A stretch of 64,000 nt of DNA from Ginglymostoma cirratum (lineage: Eukaryota), in contig JAHRHZ010000282.1 in assembly GCA_024137785.1 (NCBI GenBank), positions 434,001-498,000 on the forward strand. The letters run 5' to 3'. This document shows, in pieces, positions 1-13,750 of the stretch. Under the pieces are notes generated by a model. That model was given only the letters and a program-made list of their open reading frames with translations. It ran no database searches and had not been told where the DNA came from. Within the stretch, counting starts at the first letter, position 1. Every line of letters starts with the position of its first letter. The position numbers were made by a program, and so were the translations under genes.

Positions 1-479
1 GAGCCACACTGAATAGGTTAGTGGATTTGGGAAATGTAAGGTTGCACATGAGCAGCCTGTTTCAATATTTCAGCTGCCCCTTCTGCGAAGACTCCAGATA
101 TTCTGGATCACATGTTTAGCTAAGACAATGCTCATTCTTCAACATCAAGAATTAAAATCTGATCATGGCTCTGGGACAATGCAAAAGAGCTTAGTTTAGA
201 AGGGTAGTAATGTTGAAATTGCTCACGAACCAGGTCGGAATCGTGTCGACAATCTGCTGATCCATAGAAATGCACATTATCCATTGGTAGCGACGTTTAG
301 CTCATACATGCTGTGGAGAAATGGTGTTAAAAGAGGCATGAACTGGAATGTTGAACAACCATCGAAGTACCGGAGCATTCGAAAGCAACCAACGTGATAT
401 CCCTCCTAACCAAAATAGTGGAGAGGCGAGCCGGGCCTGGGGATGCGGGTGCGGGGTGGGGGCGGGGTCTGGTGCGCAG

Positions 480-1425
480 GAAGACACAAAAAAGAGTAAG
501 CTCAGGCCGATCAGTTGAACCATAATTGTCGGAAAAGTAAAGTGATTTAAGAATGCAATAGCAGTATATTTGGAAAATCATAATCTAATCAAGCAGAGAC
601 TGCATGGCTTCATAAAGTAAAACCATGTATGACTAATTTATTAGTTTTTCAAGCAAGTCTCAGTCAGAGTTGATAGAGTGGTACCAGTATATGTGTCGCA
701 TTTGCACTTACAGAAGACTTTCGCAAATGTATCTCACAAAAAGTTGTCACAAGAGTCTACGGTGTTGAAGGTAGCATAATGGCATCGATAGAAAATTGGC
801 TCATTGGCAGGAATCAACCAGTGGGAATGAAGGATTCTTTCACAATTTGGCAAACAGTAACCAATGGAATTCCACAGCGTTCATTGGTGGGACTGCAACA
901 TTGCGCAATATATATTCATAAAGTAGAGGAAGGAAATGAAAGTAATTTAGCCAATATTGTAGACAACACAAAAATAGACAAGTTGTGTGAGGGATGCAGA
1001 TAGTTTATAGAGAGTTTTTGATAGGTTCAATAAATGGGCCAGAAGTTGACAAATGATGTATAATGTGGAAAATGCGGTGGTCATTTAAAAATGGGACCAA
1101 GGAACAGAATATTATTTAAATTGAGAAAGAAAAACTGAAGAAAGCTGAAACACGAAGGGATTTGTTGGTACTTGTGCATGAAACACAGAAAGCTACCATA
1201 AAGGTGCAGCAGGTAATCAGGAAGGCTAATTGAATGTTGGCCCTTATTTCATGGTGTTCCTTTGTAAAAATAGTGACGTGGTGCTGCAAATGTAAAAGGT
1301 ACTGTTGAGACCATATCTGGAGTACTGTGAGTAGTTTGGCCGCCTTATTTAGGTAAAGATATTATTTCATTGTATGAAATTCACAGAGGATTTTCTAAGA
1401 TGATCCCTGGTATGGGTAAACTCTC
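480..1425 (+). mobile_element. CR1-type LINE ORF2 (RT) fragment, decayed
   Basis: Interrupted RT motifs (HGFIK..PCMTNL; IENWLIGRNQ.VG; VTNGIPQ.S.VG; DNTKI; RPYLEYC) with stops and frameshifts. Confidence 0.85.
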
Positions 1426-1429
1426 TTTT

Positions 1430-2120
1430 ATTAGGGATAATTATTGCCTGGGATGGACGGAGAAGGCATATTATTTTCATTGTCAGTTCAAACCCGAATA
1501 TTGTTCAGGTCTTGCGCTAAAATGAATGGACTGTTTCAGAACCTGAAGACTCAGCAATAGTGTTGAGTACTGTACAACCATCAAGGAGCATCCACACTTC
1601 TAACCGTACATTGGAGGGAAGATCCTTGAAAGGGCAACTGAATATATCTTGTTATAGAATGATTTGTGATTTCTCCAGCGATACTGTAAGGCTGAGTGGA
1701 ATGGCCTTCAAAAACCACAATCAATTTTATTTGTGTCATAGAATCATGGAGATACCTTCGGAGATTTCGTTGGTTCTGCTGATGTTATGCTCGATCAAAT
1801 GTCAACTTGATGTCACAGCAGACATTTCGAGTCACAACTGAAGCCCAGTTCTTTTATGCATGCTTGGACCAAGGGTATAATGAAGGCAGAAGCTGGGTGA
1901 CCCCAGCGGAAAGTAAATCGCATAGAATTTAATAGGTTATTCTTTTCCATGAGCTGGTTGACAGCACTGATGACAATGGCTTCCGTCACTGTACAGATGA
2001 TCGACAGAACACGGAAGAGATTTTTTTGACAGATTGAATTTGTCCTACTTTCAGTGTACAGAAGATTGCTGGAAAATTTTGCGTGTTATCTGGTCAACGC
2101 CAACATTGTAGCTATATGTC
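1430..2120 (-). mobile_element. Old L2/jockey-like LINE remnant
   Basis: Resembles the decayed LINE tract at ~21.2-21.7 kb, e.g. shared 'gatccttga..aagcag.tga' and 'ggttattctttt cc.tg.gctgg' words. No intact frame. Confidence 0.5.
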
Positions 2121-4509
2121 AATTCGTATTCTTGTCGCACCAGTGTGAGGCAGTGGCCATTTGCACAACAAAGAACGTAATCGTCATCTTCTGACATTCA
2201 TCGTCATTACAATCGCTGAGTCCCCAAATTTGACAGGCTGGGAGTTTCTGTTGGCCGACCCTGAATTCGATTCACCATGTACATTTTTGGTATCAAGAAA
2301 GGAATTAACAGAGAAGAGAAGCTGATCGACAAAAAAAGCTACGGATACCACAGTAATTAACTCACCTTTTAAAGACAAGATACAACATCTGCAGGAAGGA
2401 GAGCATGATGCAATGCTTCGGGTTCGTCTGGATGAATGCAAATCCAGTAACAGTCAAAAAGCTGGACACCATCTAGAACAGAGCATGATAGGCGTCCTTT
2501 GCAAATGACTCCATCCAAAATCGATGAACAGCAGGAACATATTATACAATCCATAAAATTCACTGCAGAAAATCACCACGGTCCTTTAGATAGAACTTTC
2601 CAAACTCACGAAAGCTACTATAAGCAAGAACGAAGGCATGTAACTGCAAGTTCAACTTCAATTCAATCAACATCTTGAATTAGAAATATATCAACCTCTT
2701 CTTTGCCTTTGAGTCTGAAATTCCTATCTCACAGGATTGACGGGACTTTATAAACAATGGCCTGCAGCTCATCACCACGTTCTCAAAGGCAATTAGGGAT
2801 AAACAACACATACTGACCTAGGCATTGGTGTCCACCTCTCCCGAAATAATAAAAAGGAAATTAAGATGATAAATCTGAATATTAAAAGCTGGAAGTATAT
2901 GATTACCAAATAAGACTATTATTTTGAACAAAGATAACAGACGAAGATGAAGAATCGAGAAGGGTTTGTATATATTGCATATACATGGTTGTAAATAGAC
3001 ATAGATCATCTCGCATTGCAACTGAATCAACAGTTATTAGACTGAGGCCAACTGCCAGGTTTGGTGTTTCTGATCAATCTTTTGGCTGAGATCATGTTAC
3101 CATTTTAGCGTGATTTTAAATATTCCTCAGCATTATTCGAAAACCAACAGAGGCTGTGGAACAGGTACAGTGAATTTGGATCCTATGTGTGTCTGGGCAC
3201 AAATTCCACCCTAAAAGAATGTCAATGTATAACAGCGCATATATCGACCTTGCACCTCATTAGTGTAGGAAACATGAAGTGCAGTAGGCTCCACTGACAG
3301 AATACCTCCTCATGCCAACTCCCCTGCACACTTCTTTCACCGCTGACTAATGTTTGGAGAGTTTAAAATCGAGCTCGCATGACTAGAGAAGCCGCATAAA
3401 GCTTTTTTATTTTCCCATAGTAAGCACCCCAATTATTGGGAATATAAAAGTTGTGATACTATTTGTCTATACAGTTCATCACTGTCCTCCTGTGCATTTC
3501 TCTGTGCAAACCAAAACAATAACCCCTACAGTATTTCAGTACAGCTCCAAAGTCAGATCTCCCAGGGCAATGCAAGGCTGGATTCTTCAATTTCCTCACT
3601 CATTAACCATCAGTTGACAGCTTTCAGATTCTGTCATTTCGGAAAAACTTTGGTGATTCATTCACTTCTGGTGATTTTCTGGGTCTTTTAAATTCTCTGT
3701 GCGTCATTTCAAGGCACGTTTTGTCAATATTTGACAAACCCCTCGTCAGCAGTCATCAGGAAGCAGTGTCAGTCCCTCAATATCGTTGTGTATCGGACTG
3801 ACACTTCATGATATTGCTTCCAAACTGAATGTCCCTGCATAAAAAAAACAAAAAATCACGAATTAGGGAACTGTAGGATCAGTCCTCTAGCAAAGATATA
3901 TTTGTTGGGAACAAGGATATGAAAGTTGTAGGTGCGGCGTAAACAACTGTTTTGTTTATTTTTTGTCATTCATGGGAGGAGGACATTGCTTGTTAGACCA
4001 GAATTTATCTCCCATTACGAGTGACCCAGATGTTCTCTCTGGTAAAGGTTGCGGATTTCTGTCCATTAAAGACATTAGGTAACATTAACATATTAAACGT
4101 GTAAACACCTATTGACGAAACAAATACCTGTCTAAATGGTACCTGTAAGCATGCAATAATTGGGAATATGAGAAAGATGGGTAAAAAAGCAGACGAAAGG
4201 TTGGGGATAGGTTCACAGATCAGCATTTAACACCAGTGACTCAGAGGTTTGGAATCATGAAGGAATGGTTTTTGGGAGCTGCAACATTTTCACTCCTTAG
4301 TTCACCTACAGGTATACCAAAATCATTCATCTTTCCGACGTGAAAAGTGGATGACACGAACTAGTGAGTCAATAAGTTTGTTCAATGAACTGTTAAGAAT
4401 GTGCATGTTGAAGATTATTTGTCCCTTTAGACTTTCTTACTCCACATAAATGAGGGGTGATTTGTTTGCGTCTCAGAGCTTCGGGAATGCTTTCACTCTT
4501 TGAAAGACA

Positions 4510-4579
4510 ATGCACGGCGCAGCAAGTGGTCCAGTTTTTGCCATTTGCTATCCCATTCTTGCAATTATTGGTATCCCTG
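4510..4579 (+). CDS. Exon 1 of GPR139/GPR142-like class A GPCR (MHGAASGPVFAICYPILAIIGIP)
   Basis: ATG at 4510, 23 codons + 1 nt, then a GTAAAT donor at 4580. The phase-1 join to the acceptor at 5865 gives TM1 ...IIGIPANLIAIVIL. A paralogous exon of the same length lies at 19127-19196. Confidence 0.9.
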
Positions 4580-5865
4580 GTAAATAATGGATCCGATTTT
4601 TTTTAACTTCAAGGATCTTCTTTCTTCCATTCTTGACCAAGTCATTTTTTGTATAAATATGCTGCCCCCTCTAGTATAAGATACTTTAACCACGTGCCAA
4701 TTTATATGGGCACATTCTATGATCTAAGTTTGTTTAATGATGAAATTGAAGGTATTGCCAATAGGATTACGTGAACATTGATGTGCTATATTGCAGGACA
4801 TTGTATTTTAGTCTGATTTAATGGAAGGATGTTTAATGAATTAGTTTTGAATGGAATAATTTCGTCGTGATGCAGTGACATATATCATTATGTGTTTGCG
4901 TGATTCAACGGCCAAAACAATCATTCCATTAGATGGTTGCGAGATGAAATATATTTTATTTTACTGGCATAACAGTCTGCAAATCCACTTTTAGACAAAA
5001 GCATTATTTACCGTCTGGTGAGTTCCGAATGAGCATTGTTAATTTAGTTTGGCGACTTCCTTTATTCATGCAAGGGGCGTGCATCCAGGTCAGCATCTGC
5101 TGTTCAGTCATTGAATTTCAGAAAGGGGTGAAGAGTTGAGTGAAAATACAAGATTTTAGAAATCTGTTATGCATTCTAATTTGTGCTCATAGTTTTTCTT
5201 TAATATTTGCGCTTTGTTAAGGGTCAGCATATTTTCCTAATCTTTGGCTAGATATGGTTGACATAGGCGAAAATAGAACACCATACAAAAATCTTGAAAA
5301 TATGCTTAGATCACATGGATTACCAGAAAAAGATGGCACAGGGAATCCCGATATATAGGGCATAGGTAGTTAAAGACTTCACTGCCACTAATGGGCATAT
5401 AAATATAAATATCAAGAAATGACTGATTTGGAGGTAGGACGCAACATTAGGCATTTAGACAATATAACACGGATGGATGGGGCGAGAATGTAGAGAAATT
5501 GGGAAGTTAGAATAGTTAAAATTGAAATGCTGTCGCATGTGGAGAAATTTAACATAGTGCTGGTGGATGGATGTGAGATGGTATGCATCAAAACATCAGC
5601 AGGAAAAGGTTTGGATAGCTAGCCGTGGGGATTAATTCCATGACCGGGCATGAGGGTGTGAATTTATGAAGGGATTGTTTTCATTGGCTCCGTGTGCTGA
5701 CAATTGTTTACTCCACATTGGATGTCAAGCTGTTAACAATGGATTTGGCGGAGCCAGAATCTGAAAGGGAAAAGTGACTGATCACGGAATTTCATCAACA
5801 GAGTAGGTGATGTAGAAGCTGGTGGTATGTGCTTCAACGCATCTTTCGGTTTTTATCTCTCACAG

Positions 5866-6782
5866 CGAACTTGATAGCGATTGTAATCCTCTCCCAAGGA
5901 CAGTGTGGTCTCTCCCGGTGCATCACATGCTACTTAGTGGCAATCGCAGTGAATGATTTCTTTGTCACCGTTACTGCTGTCGTTTTCAACCGGATTGGAC
6001 GCATTTACTTTCGGGATAGTTTCCTGTCCACCACGCTTGCTTGCAGACTCGGCGCTGTGCTGGTCCGTTGCAGCCGAGATGGTTCGGTCTGGTTGACAGT
6101 AGCCTTCACCACAGACCGTTTTGTAGCCATTTGCTGCCAGAGAATGATGTCCAGATACTGCAAAAAGCAAACTGCATCGTTGGTGATCGCAATAGTCTGT
6201 GCCCTGAGCTGCATTAAGAACGCTCCATTCTACCTTATCTATGAACCCTTGTATACTGTGAACGGAGTGGAATGGTTTTGTGATATTCGAATAAACTTTT
6301 ACACCTGGCCAATCTGGCAGGTCTATGACTGGCTGGACCACGCACTAACTCCTTCTCTACCGTTCTTGCTTATCCTATTTTTGAACACCTTGACGGTAAG
6401 ACACATCTTAGCAGCAAGCAGAGTTCGCAGGAGGCTCCGGAGTGTTGAGAATCACGGTGACACAGAGATGGTCAATCGCAGGAAGTCAGTTGTCCTGCTC
6501 TTCACAGTCTCCACCAGCTTCCTCCTCCTTTGGGCCAGCTATCTCGGACATTTTCTGTATGTGCGAATTACAGGTGAAGGCTACTTCTCTGGCCTGGATT
6601 TCAATGACTCATGGTACATCCTTCAAGAGCTAACCAACATGCTTCAGTTGCTCAGTTCATGCAACAACGTCTTCATCTACGCAGTTTCCCAGAACAAGTT
6701 CCGAAAGGAGATCAAAAAGATACTGATGTGCCCTTTTACTACACTCGCTGCCTGCTTTAAACAGGAAGAAGTGAGAATTTGA
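5866..6782 (+). CDS. Exon 2 of GPR139/GPR142-like class A GPCR (328 aa in total with exon 1)
   Basis: Pyrimidine tract + CAG acceptor at 5863-5865. Open frame with hydrophobic TM segments: TM3 SVWLTVAFTTDRFVAICC, TM5 LPFLLILFLN, ICL3 D.EMVNRRKS, TM7 LLSSCNNVFIYAVSQNKFRKE. AATAAA at 6995-7000. Confidence 0.92.
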
Positions 6783-7389
6783 AAGTGCTTGTAATCTTTC
6801 ATATTTTGCAAAGGGACAGAGAAAACCATAGTTCCAAACTCCCACAATTCAAGGTTTCTTGTTGTCTATACAGATATACTGCCTTCATGGATATGATGCA
6901 AAACCTCGATCTGTGGCTATTCTCGTAAAGGTAAAGTAAAATATTATGATGTCAATATTTCAAAACAGAATAGGAAAAGGATTCAGGTCCCTTAAATAAA
7001 AGACATTTATCCTACACTTGACACCACTGAAACCAGTGTTCTCCTTTTTGTGTTTTAATGAATAACTCTTTTCCTGCAGGTCCTTCGTAAGATCATAAAA
7101 ATGGTGAAATGACTGTCAAGCACTTTGGAATATGAAATATATGGTCTCATACAATAAAATCAGAGTCAGGTGACGTGCTAGTGCAATATAAACAAAACAA
7201 TTGTCAAATGTGCTATGGAGAGAGTCGAAAAGATTTTTTTAATGCAAAGGTCGAATAAATTCACACCAGATACATAGGAAAGTGTATTATAAAATGAGAC
7301 ATGTTGTATTTGACTTATAATTGCAAGATGCTTGCTTCATGTTAAGATCTTCAGAGCAAAGAAAATTAAAATAACATAGATTCATGGGA

Positions 7390-9950
7390 AAATAGAATTT
7401 AACAGCTCAGGAGATGGCCATTAAACCCATTGTGTTTAAACTGGCTCCCAAGAGAGCGAGTCAGCGAATCCTATTCTCCAACTGTCTATCCGTAGACTTC
7501 TAAATGCTTTGCTTTCAAGTTTATATTCGGTTCTCTTTTAAAAGTTCCTATCGATTCCGCCTCCATCACTTTCCCAGGTAGTGCATTCCAAATCCGAGCA
7601 TCTCACTGAGTAAAGTATTGTTTCCTCATCTCACTCCTGGGTATCTTGCTGACAGTCTTGAAGTTCTGACCCCCTAATCACTAATATACCATCTGTTGGT
7701 ATCAGAATATATTTTCATACTTCGTCAAAATTTTTCATACTGTTTAATCCCCCAATAAGATCATATCTTAATTTTCTCTGCTCCAAGCAGAATAGGCGCG
7801 ATTTTTCTAATCTTTCCTTATATTGAAAGTTCCTCATTCTTGGCATCATTCTAGTAAACGTCCATTATACGCTTTCCAGGCTTTTCCCATCCTCCTTTAA
7901 ATAAGGTACCCAGAAGTGAAAGACAATAGTCCATATGCGGTTCGATCAATGTTTGTCGAGGTGTTGCATCACTTTCTTCATTTTATGTCTTATTCCTCTA
8001 CTGACAAATTCAAGGATCCTAAATGCCTTCTTAACGACTGTTTAATTTTGACTGGTCACCTCGAGAGAATTATGTCCGTGAACCCTGAGGGCCCTCTGCT
8101 CCTGTACGCTCCACAACGTTTAATCTGTATTGAACATGTCTTTCTTGCTCTATGAAAATACATTACTTCACATTTCTTTACATTGAAATTCATCTACTGG
8201 GTGTCTGCCCAGATTGCCAACCGATAATTACGGCTTGAAGTCGTTCAGCATCAGCATCACAACTCATCATTCTTTCTAGCGTAGCATCAACTGTAAATTT
8301 CGAGTTTATTCCCGCGACATCCATCTCCAAATCGTTTATGCAAATCAAGAAAAGCAAGTCCCAACAGTGATCCCTGTACAACACCATTTTCAACACATTT
8401 CCAAATTGAGAAATACCCATCTGTAAACAAAATCTGTTTCCTATCTTTAAACAACTTTGAATCCTTGCTGCCAATGACGTATCAATCCCAAACATTTCTA
8501 CATTGCTAACCAACCTGATACGTGGCACAGCATCAAATGTTTTATGAAAGTACAAATATGCAACATCTAAGCACTATCCTCACACATGGCTGTGTCACCT
8601 CGTCAAATAATTCAGTCCAATTTGTCAGAATTGAGATGCACTTGATGAAACCATATTGATTCTCTGGTAATAATGTGTTTTCCACTCTGTATATTTCGTA
8701 TTTTGGCCTCGGTGTGTTTTTCCACTGTTGACATTATGCTGATGGGTTGAACTCCCCTAGCTTATCCTTTGCCCTTTGTTAAATAATGATATCACATTTG
8801 CAATCCTCTAGTTCTTCGGACTAAACCTGTGTGCAGATAGACCAAGAAAAATTTTGTTAGTCTATTCGCAATTTGGTCACTTTTGTCCCTCAGTAATCGG
8901 GAATACATCACATCGGGGCCTGGCGACTTCTCATCTGTAGCACTGCCAGCCCTTTTCGAACTGCTTCTTTACCAATCGTTATGATTCTTAGTTGCTCAAT
9001 ACTCACACCTTCAACTGAGACATTGTCACTGCTTGCTAATTTGGCAAACACTGAAGCAACATATACATTTTCTAATATACATTTTGTATTCCTGCCATAT
9101 TTGTCCCGCTTGTTCTTTATGGGGCCCACTTTATCCTTCAATTAACTTTTTATAAAGATGTTTTAATGACTGTTAACTTTTCAGCCCAGCCTGCCACCCT
9201 TTCATCAAACTTCAAGTTAGACTCCCCATTCCAGCCTTAGCCTCTCCTGCATTTGCGTTGATCTTCCTAATTTCTATTGCTACTAATACTGCCGAATGCG
9301 TCATTTGTCTCCTCTTACTTCATTGTTTTCTCATCAAAATCGTGAGTCATCCACTCTAACTTTGGATACCCTGCATTTAGTTCTCTTCAGCATGTAGCTA
9401 GCTTATATCCTAATTCTGTCTCTTTTGAAATTCTTCCATTTTCATCCAAGGACTTATTAACCACAATGCATTATCAATCAGCTTTGTGGAGTTTAAATAT
9501 TGAACCCCTAAAATCTGCCTTTTGCCAGCTTGGGATCTTAAGCATTGTTTGATTTTTGTATTTTTACATCGAATTATTAAATATTTTTATATTGTGTGCC
9601 TATTTTCCAAATTCTCCACACTCCCCCTTCCACCCCGTTCTGAAATTCTTCGCCTGGCCTGCCTCATTTCCTAGAACCGATCCAGGACAATCCAAATTCC
9701 TGTTAGGATTGGAAATGTCCTTTTCCAGAAAGTTGTATTGCACCCATTACAGAAATTTTAGACTTCCGTTGTCCCACATTCTACCCTTTTCCATGAGCAG
9801 TTAAATTCGCCAAATATCACACCCCAGCTTGTCCTCCGAACTTCCTTAGTCTACTCGCACATTCTTTCATCTACTTACTGTCCACTATTTGGAGGTCTAC
9901 AATAAATACCCAACAATGTCACTGTTTCCTTCCTGTTTCTAACCTCCAAC
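7390..9950 (-). mobile_element. CR1-type LINE, decayed ORF2 and 3' tail
   Basis: Minus-strand fragments YFHKTFDAVPR.RL, FLICINDLE...SKFTVDA, KDKVGPIK. Tail at the left end. Confidence 0.85.
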
Positions 9951-10179
9951 CACAGGGGGAAGCGGCAACAAGACCCTTAGGTGTGTTCTGGGAAAAGCCG
10001 ACTCGCTCACCACCTGATATAGGTTCGTGAAGGAACTGGTGTTCAACAACAGCAAGGATATCCAACAGTGGGTGGTGGTGAGAAGCGACCGGGATATTTT
10101 CTGGGAGAAGTCGCCTTGCTCATCGCAACTGAGAAATGGATCATGAAGGACCTGGCGTCACAAAACAGTGAAGCCCCAA

Positions 10180-10840
10180 ACATTACATTACTGCAGTGTT
10201 TCCTTCCTTCTCTCCCTCCTCATTGAACCAAGCGAGAGATAAAGGAACTGTAATAAAGTTTGACAGTGGTTTAGAAACTGCAGAGCCTCCACAGTATGCA
10301 TCATATTGACGATTAAATATGGCAGAGACCCCTGAGAGTTTCCTTCCTTTCTCTTTCCTATCCTGTCTTCTGTGCAACAACGGCCAAAACCATTACATCG
10401 GCAGAAGGAAACTGGCCATCAGGATACATGAACACTAGTTAGCAGCAAAACGACACGACGAACTTTCCCTGTTTTCAGTCCACTCAGACAACGAAGGCTG
10501 TCAATTTAGCTGGGACGACATGATCATCCGAGCTCAAGCCAACCACAGACACGCATAGGGATTCCGAGATGCCTGGTTCTCCACCCGTAATGCTATCAAT
10601 AAACATGTGTAATTAGACCCCACATTCAAACCTTTGCCAAAAAGAACCGGAAGTGCCGCAAAATAACTCAACCGACTGGATCATATTAGTACTAAGCGAA
10701 GTAGAACTACATAACTTCATCGGAGACTTCATTGATGACGTTACCTAGCATGGTGACGAAATTTCTGAATACAACCAGCCAGCTTGGCGAACAAGTCAAT
10801 AACCTTACCCACAACCTGAGCTAAAAGTCATCGCAAGAAT
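10180..10840 (+). mobile_element. Penelope-like element 3' fragment (GIY-YIG region)
   Basis: C..C.NHYIGRR.KLAIRIHEH...KRHDELSLFSVH near 10370-10490, followed by a PLE-type tail. Confidence 0.7.
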
Positions 10841-10849
10841 CTCTGAGTA

Positions 10850-13750
10850 AAGAAATTTCTCTTCATCTCAGTCCGAGCTGCATTGCTGACATTCCTGAAT
10901 TTGTGACTTCGTTTTTACTGGCATACTAATAAATGGAAATACAATATGCTTCTTTACCTCTGTTAAAATTATTCACAATTTTGAACACCTCAGTAAGGTC
11001 ACCTCGTAATCTTCTCTGCTTCAAGGAGATCAGAACAATCTCTCTAATCTTTCCTTGTATCAAAGATCTTTCATTTATGGCATTATTCTTGTAAATATCC
11101 TTTTGGCGTGACATCATTTCCTTGCTTTTACACTCTATATCTGTTTTTTATCTCAAGGATCTTATTAGCTTTCGTAACTACTTTTCCAACTTGCCTGGCC
11201 ACTTTCAGGGAGTCATGTTCATGATTCCCGAGATCAGTTCTCTCCTGTACTCCCTGAAAGGCATACTATTGAACCTATTTTGCCTTTCGGTGTTTATTCT
11301 ACCAAAATACATTACTGCACATTTCGCTGTATTAAAATTTGTCTGCCAGTTACCAGCCCATTTGGCCAACTTATCAATTTTCTTGTGAAGTCATTCAGCA
11401 TCATCCTCACAATTCATCACTCTTTCTAACTTAGCACCATCTCCAAATTTTGAGAATTTTCCCCTCAACACCCAACTTTAAATCGTTTGTGTTAATAAGT
11501 GAAAAGCAATATCCCAACACCATTTCCAAGGGAACGCCACTTTCAACTTGTCTCCAATTTAGGAAATGCCAGTCTACACCTACCCATTGTTTCATATTCT
11601 TTAGCCAACTTCTACCCATGATGCCAAAGACACATCAATACCAAATATTTCTAAGTCGTTAGTTAACCTGCCATGAAGCATCATATCATCATACTATTTC
11701 TGACCCTCCAAATGTACAACATCCACACTACTGTCATCTACTGCCTGTGTCACTTCGTCAAAGAAATGAAGTAAATTTGCCAGACATGAACTGCCCTTCA
11801 GAAAACAATGTTGACAGTCTGGTATTACATTATTTTTCTCTAACTGTACATTAACCACGTCCCATTTTGGGACCTCCATCAGTTTTCACACTCCTGACGT
11901 CAAGCTGAAAGGTTTGTAATTTTGTGGGTTGTTCTTTGTCCCTTTTTGAAACATGGTGTCAGATTTGTAATCCTACAGTCTCACAGGACTACTCATGTGT
12001 TCAGAGAGGCCTGTAAAGTTTGTTTCAATGACTTTGCAGTTGCTCCCTGAACTGCCTTGGCAATCTAGAATGCATCCTGCCTGAGCCTGACAATTTATCG
12101 ACATGGAGTGCTTCCCGTCTATTTAACATCTCTTTTAGTGTGTCACTATACTTTTCAGTTGCACAAAACCCAAATTGCCAACCAGGCCATTGTCACCATA
12201 TTCAGATTTGTAAAGATAGAAGAAAAATATCCATTTAGTACCTCTGTTATATCCTTTGCATTGGTGACCAGCTTACCCTGCTTGTTCCTTATGGGTCTTA
12301 CTCTGTCTTTGACAAATATTTTGCAATAATACGTTTGAAGAACATTTTACCAGTTGATTTAGTGCAGCCTGCATTACTTTCCTGTGGATTCTTCTTAGTC
12401 TTCCTCATTTCAGCCTTGTCCTCTCTCCTGGATTTGATTTCGTCTTCCTGATTTCTTTTTATTTTTATTCTGGTATGCATCATATGCCAGTTTTATCTTC
12501 CTTATATTCTCATCAACACTCTTAGTCATTCAGGGTACTCTTGTTTGGAATAATCCGTTTTTATTTATCATGGGTACTTACCTAGCTTGTGTCCTGTTCA
12601 TGTTTTTTTTTGAAATTCTCCCCTTTTTACTCCACTGTTTTATTTACCAATATGTGTTTCCAAACAAAGTGTTCCAGTTCAAATTTTAAACACCTAAAAT
12701 CTACCCTTTTCTACACTGGGATCTTAATCTTTGACTGATTTGCATCCATTTCCAGATTAATATTGATTTTATTATTTTGTGAATGCTATCTACCAAGTGC
12801 TTCCACATTCCAACTTTTTACACTTGGCCTGCCTCTTTTTCTACGACCAGATCCAGCCCAATTCCCTCACTGGTGGGACTGGAAATGTACGATCAAGAAA
12901 GTTCTTTTGCACATATTGGAAAAATATCACCCCTTTCGTCCTTCACACCCTACCTTTATCTCAGCCTACCCTAAGGTAATTGAAATCACAACTGAATTTT
13001 CCCTGCCAATTTCCATAATAAGCATACAAATGTTCTCATTTACTGCCTCCCTATTATTTAGAGGACGGTAATAAATGCCTAATAAGATCACTGTTCGCTT
13101 TCTGTTTATTGCCTCTGAGTATATCGATTCTAATTCTGGAAATGTATTTCTTTGAAGGGCAGTAGTATTCCCTTTGACCAAAACTACTGCATTTCCCTAC
13201 CTTTTACCCACCTTTGTTTCTATTGAAAGCTTTATGACCAGAATGTTAATTATCCGTTCCTTTTATGGCTTGAATCACGTTTCTGAACTATGCTGTAAGC
13301 CCCTAGAGAAATTTCTGTTTATATTTCTCCAATTTTCCTCATGATACTCCGTGCATTTACGGACATGAAATATAACTGTGCCCTTATCTTTTTCTTACCC
13401 AATCGAAAGTTGTCATTTCTTTATTGTCTGTCAACAGGCAAGCCTTATCTCACCTTTTCACCCCGATTCACCACTTTCTTTTCGTTGTTCTCTCTGGTGC
13501 TTCCAAAACTAGGCCCATTTGTCAACCCACACCCCTGCCTTACAACTTTAAATTCACCCTTGCTACAAGATTGATTCCCTAAACCAGGCGATTAGTTCCT
13601 CTTCTGTGCAGGTAATGTCCATTTCTCCAGAGGAACAATGATTCCAGTATTACGAAAAAATATTAAATCCCTCCCCTTCTACACCATCCCTGAAGCCACG
13701 CATTTACCTCCCTGATCAGCCCTTACCTAAATTGTGAAGATCGTGACAGA
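10850..13750 (-). mobile_element. CR1-type LINE, endonuclease + RT remnants
   Basis: LLGIYYRP (endonuclease), QHCFLKGSSCLANLLHFFDEVT, VESGVPLE.VLG, RRLRGDLTEVFKI. Many stops. Confidence 0.88.

Noticed and set aside
3765-3805. 11-bp stem hairpin upstream of the GPCR, possible miRNA
   Set aside because: The stem is too short, the loop is large, and no known miRNA was recognised.
5934-6341. Antisense ORFs within the GPCR exon
   Set aside because: Shadow ORFs of the real CDS with no independent evidence.
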